DNA of 46,952 nt from Flavobacteriales bacterium. Lineage in GTDB: Bacteria; Bacteroidota; Bacteroidia; Flavobacteriales; JANQLC01. Of the stretch, positions 46,672-46,952 are shown piece after piece. The notes below the pieces were generated by a model. That model did not search any database and was not told the DNA's origin. It saw only the letters and a list, made by a program, of their open reading frames with translations. Position 1 is the first letter of the stretch; every line of letters begins with the position of its first letter. The DNA is taken from positions 1 to 46,952 of the forward strand of contig JBAJNK010000012.1 of the NCBI GenBank assembly GCA_036881805.1, given 5' to 3'. The position numbers and the translations under genes were made by a program.

Positions 46672-46944
46672 TCAGTGCTCTAAGTCAGAATCATGCTGCC
46701 GCTTCAAAGTTTCACACCTCTTTTTTAACCGCGCTAAACCTTCCGCATCAAAGTTTTTGTACTTGTTTTTGGTGATCCGTTCTTTATACTCCTTCGAGAA
46801 GGGATTGTATTTCTTCCATTTCGGAAGATTCCAGTTTGGAAGAAAAAATTGCAAAACCAGTGTAACAGGCACCAAAGAAAATACCCAAGTCCAGTTTTGA
46901 AGATCAAACAAAATCTCGATTAAGCGGACGACAAGAAAAAGCAC
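46672..46944 (-). CDS. hypothetical small membrane protein, possibly N-terminally incomplete at the window edge
   Basis: 90-aa ORF with a hydrophobic N-terminal half and a basic C-terminal tail. The window ends at 46952, so the start is uncertain. Confidence 0.3.
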   Translation of the reverse strand: MLFLVVRLIEILFDLQNWTWVFSLVPVTLVLQFFLPNWNLPKWKKYNPFSKEYKERITKNKYKNFDAEGLARLKKRCETLKRQHDSDLEH

Positions 46945-46952
46945 TAAAATCG

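Noticed and set aside
46092-46775. Long ORFs antisense to or overlapping strong genes (46092-46775, 42008-42847, 36983-37498, 21526-21999, 21369-21869, 3850-4329, 8949-9395, 32029-32496, 33043-33495 and others)
   Set aside because: Each lies opposite or out of frame with a gene that has unmistakable family motifs. Their translations are low-complexity or R/S/P/C-rich, as is typical of antisense frames.

Overview
This is a chromosomal, mostly housekeeping segment that looks like Bacteroidota. Supporting synteny and motifs: an rpmB-rpmG-DUF4295-ftsY cluster, DUF3822-rsmD, DUF4290-murA, WG-repeat and SprB-like repeat proteins, and recurrent exact TAnnTTTG -7 boxes. I support about 43 protein genes. 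They include mscS-like, ruvC, hemW, rsmD, a MacB/FtsX-type ABC exporter with HlyD adaptor, priA, fumC, ftsY, rpmB/rpmG/rpsU, an acyl-CoA dehydrogenase, an alanine:cation symporter, prfA and pepC. Also present are a tightly packed grpE-dnaJ-ABC-ABC-sigma54 activator string, murA, a UvrD-type helicase, crcB and dnaK. I see no rRNA or tRNA, no CRISPR, no integrase or transposase, and no recognisable defence or toxin-antitoxin module. I cannot honestly point to a discrete novel protein-coding system. The most unusual content is non-coding. Four long intergenic gaps (3347-3735, 7340-7700, 30200-31080, 43600-44398) total about 2.4 kb, roughly 5% of the window. They are filled by tandem arrays of one degenerate ~45-bp unit: GTGTTTGT-ATGCACGTGG-CAGTTTGAAAAG-CGGGnCTTA-T-run. 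The arrays are strongly G+T skewed, always touch a gene 3' end, and share multi-unit sub-modules between loci. I do not recognise this as a described element. Other items worth a second look: two lipoprotein genes in low-GC islets that appear split by frameshifts; an orphan membrane protein with a sharp internal GC drop; a symporter with a secreted SprB-like N-terminal domain; a sigma-54 activator with no DNA-binding domain; and MurA with Asp in place of the fosfomycin-target Cys. All coordinates and counts were read by eye from the sequence. No database search was possible.
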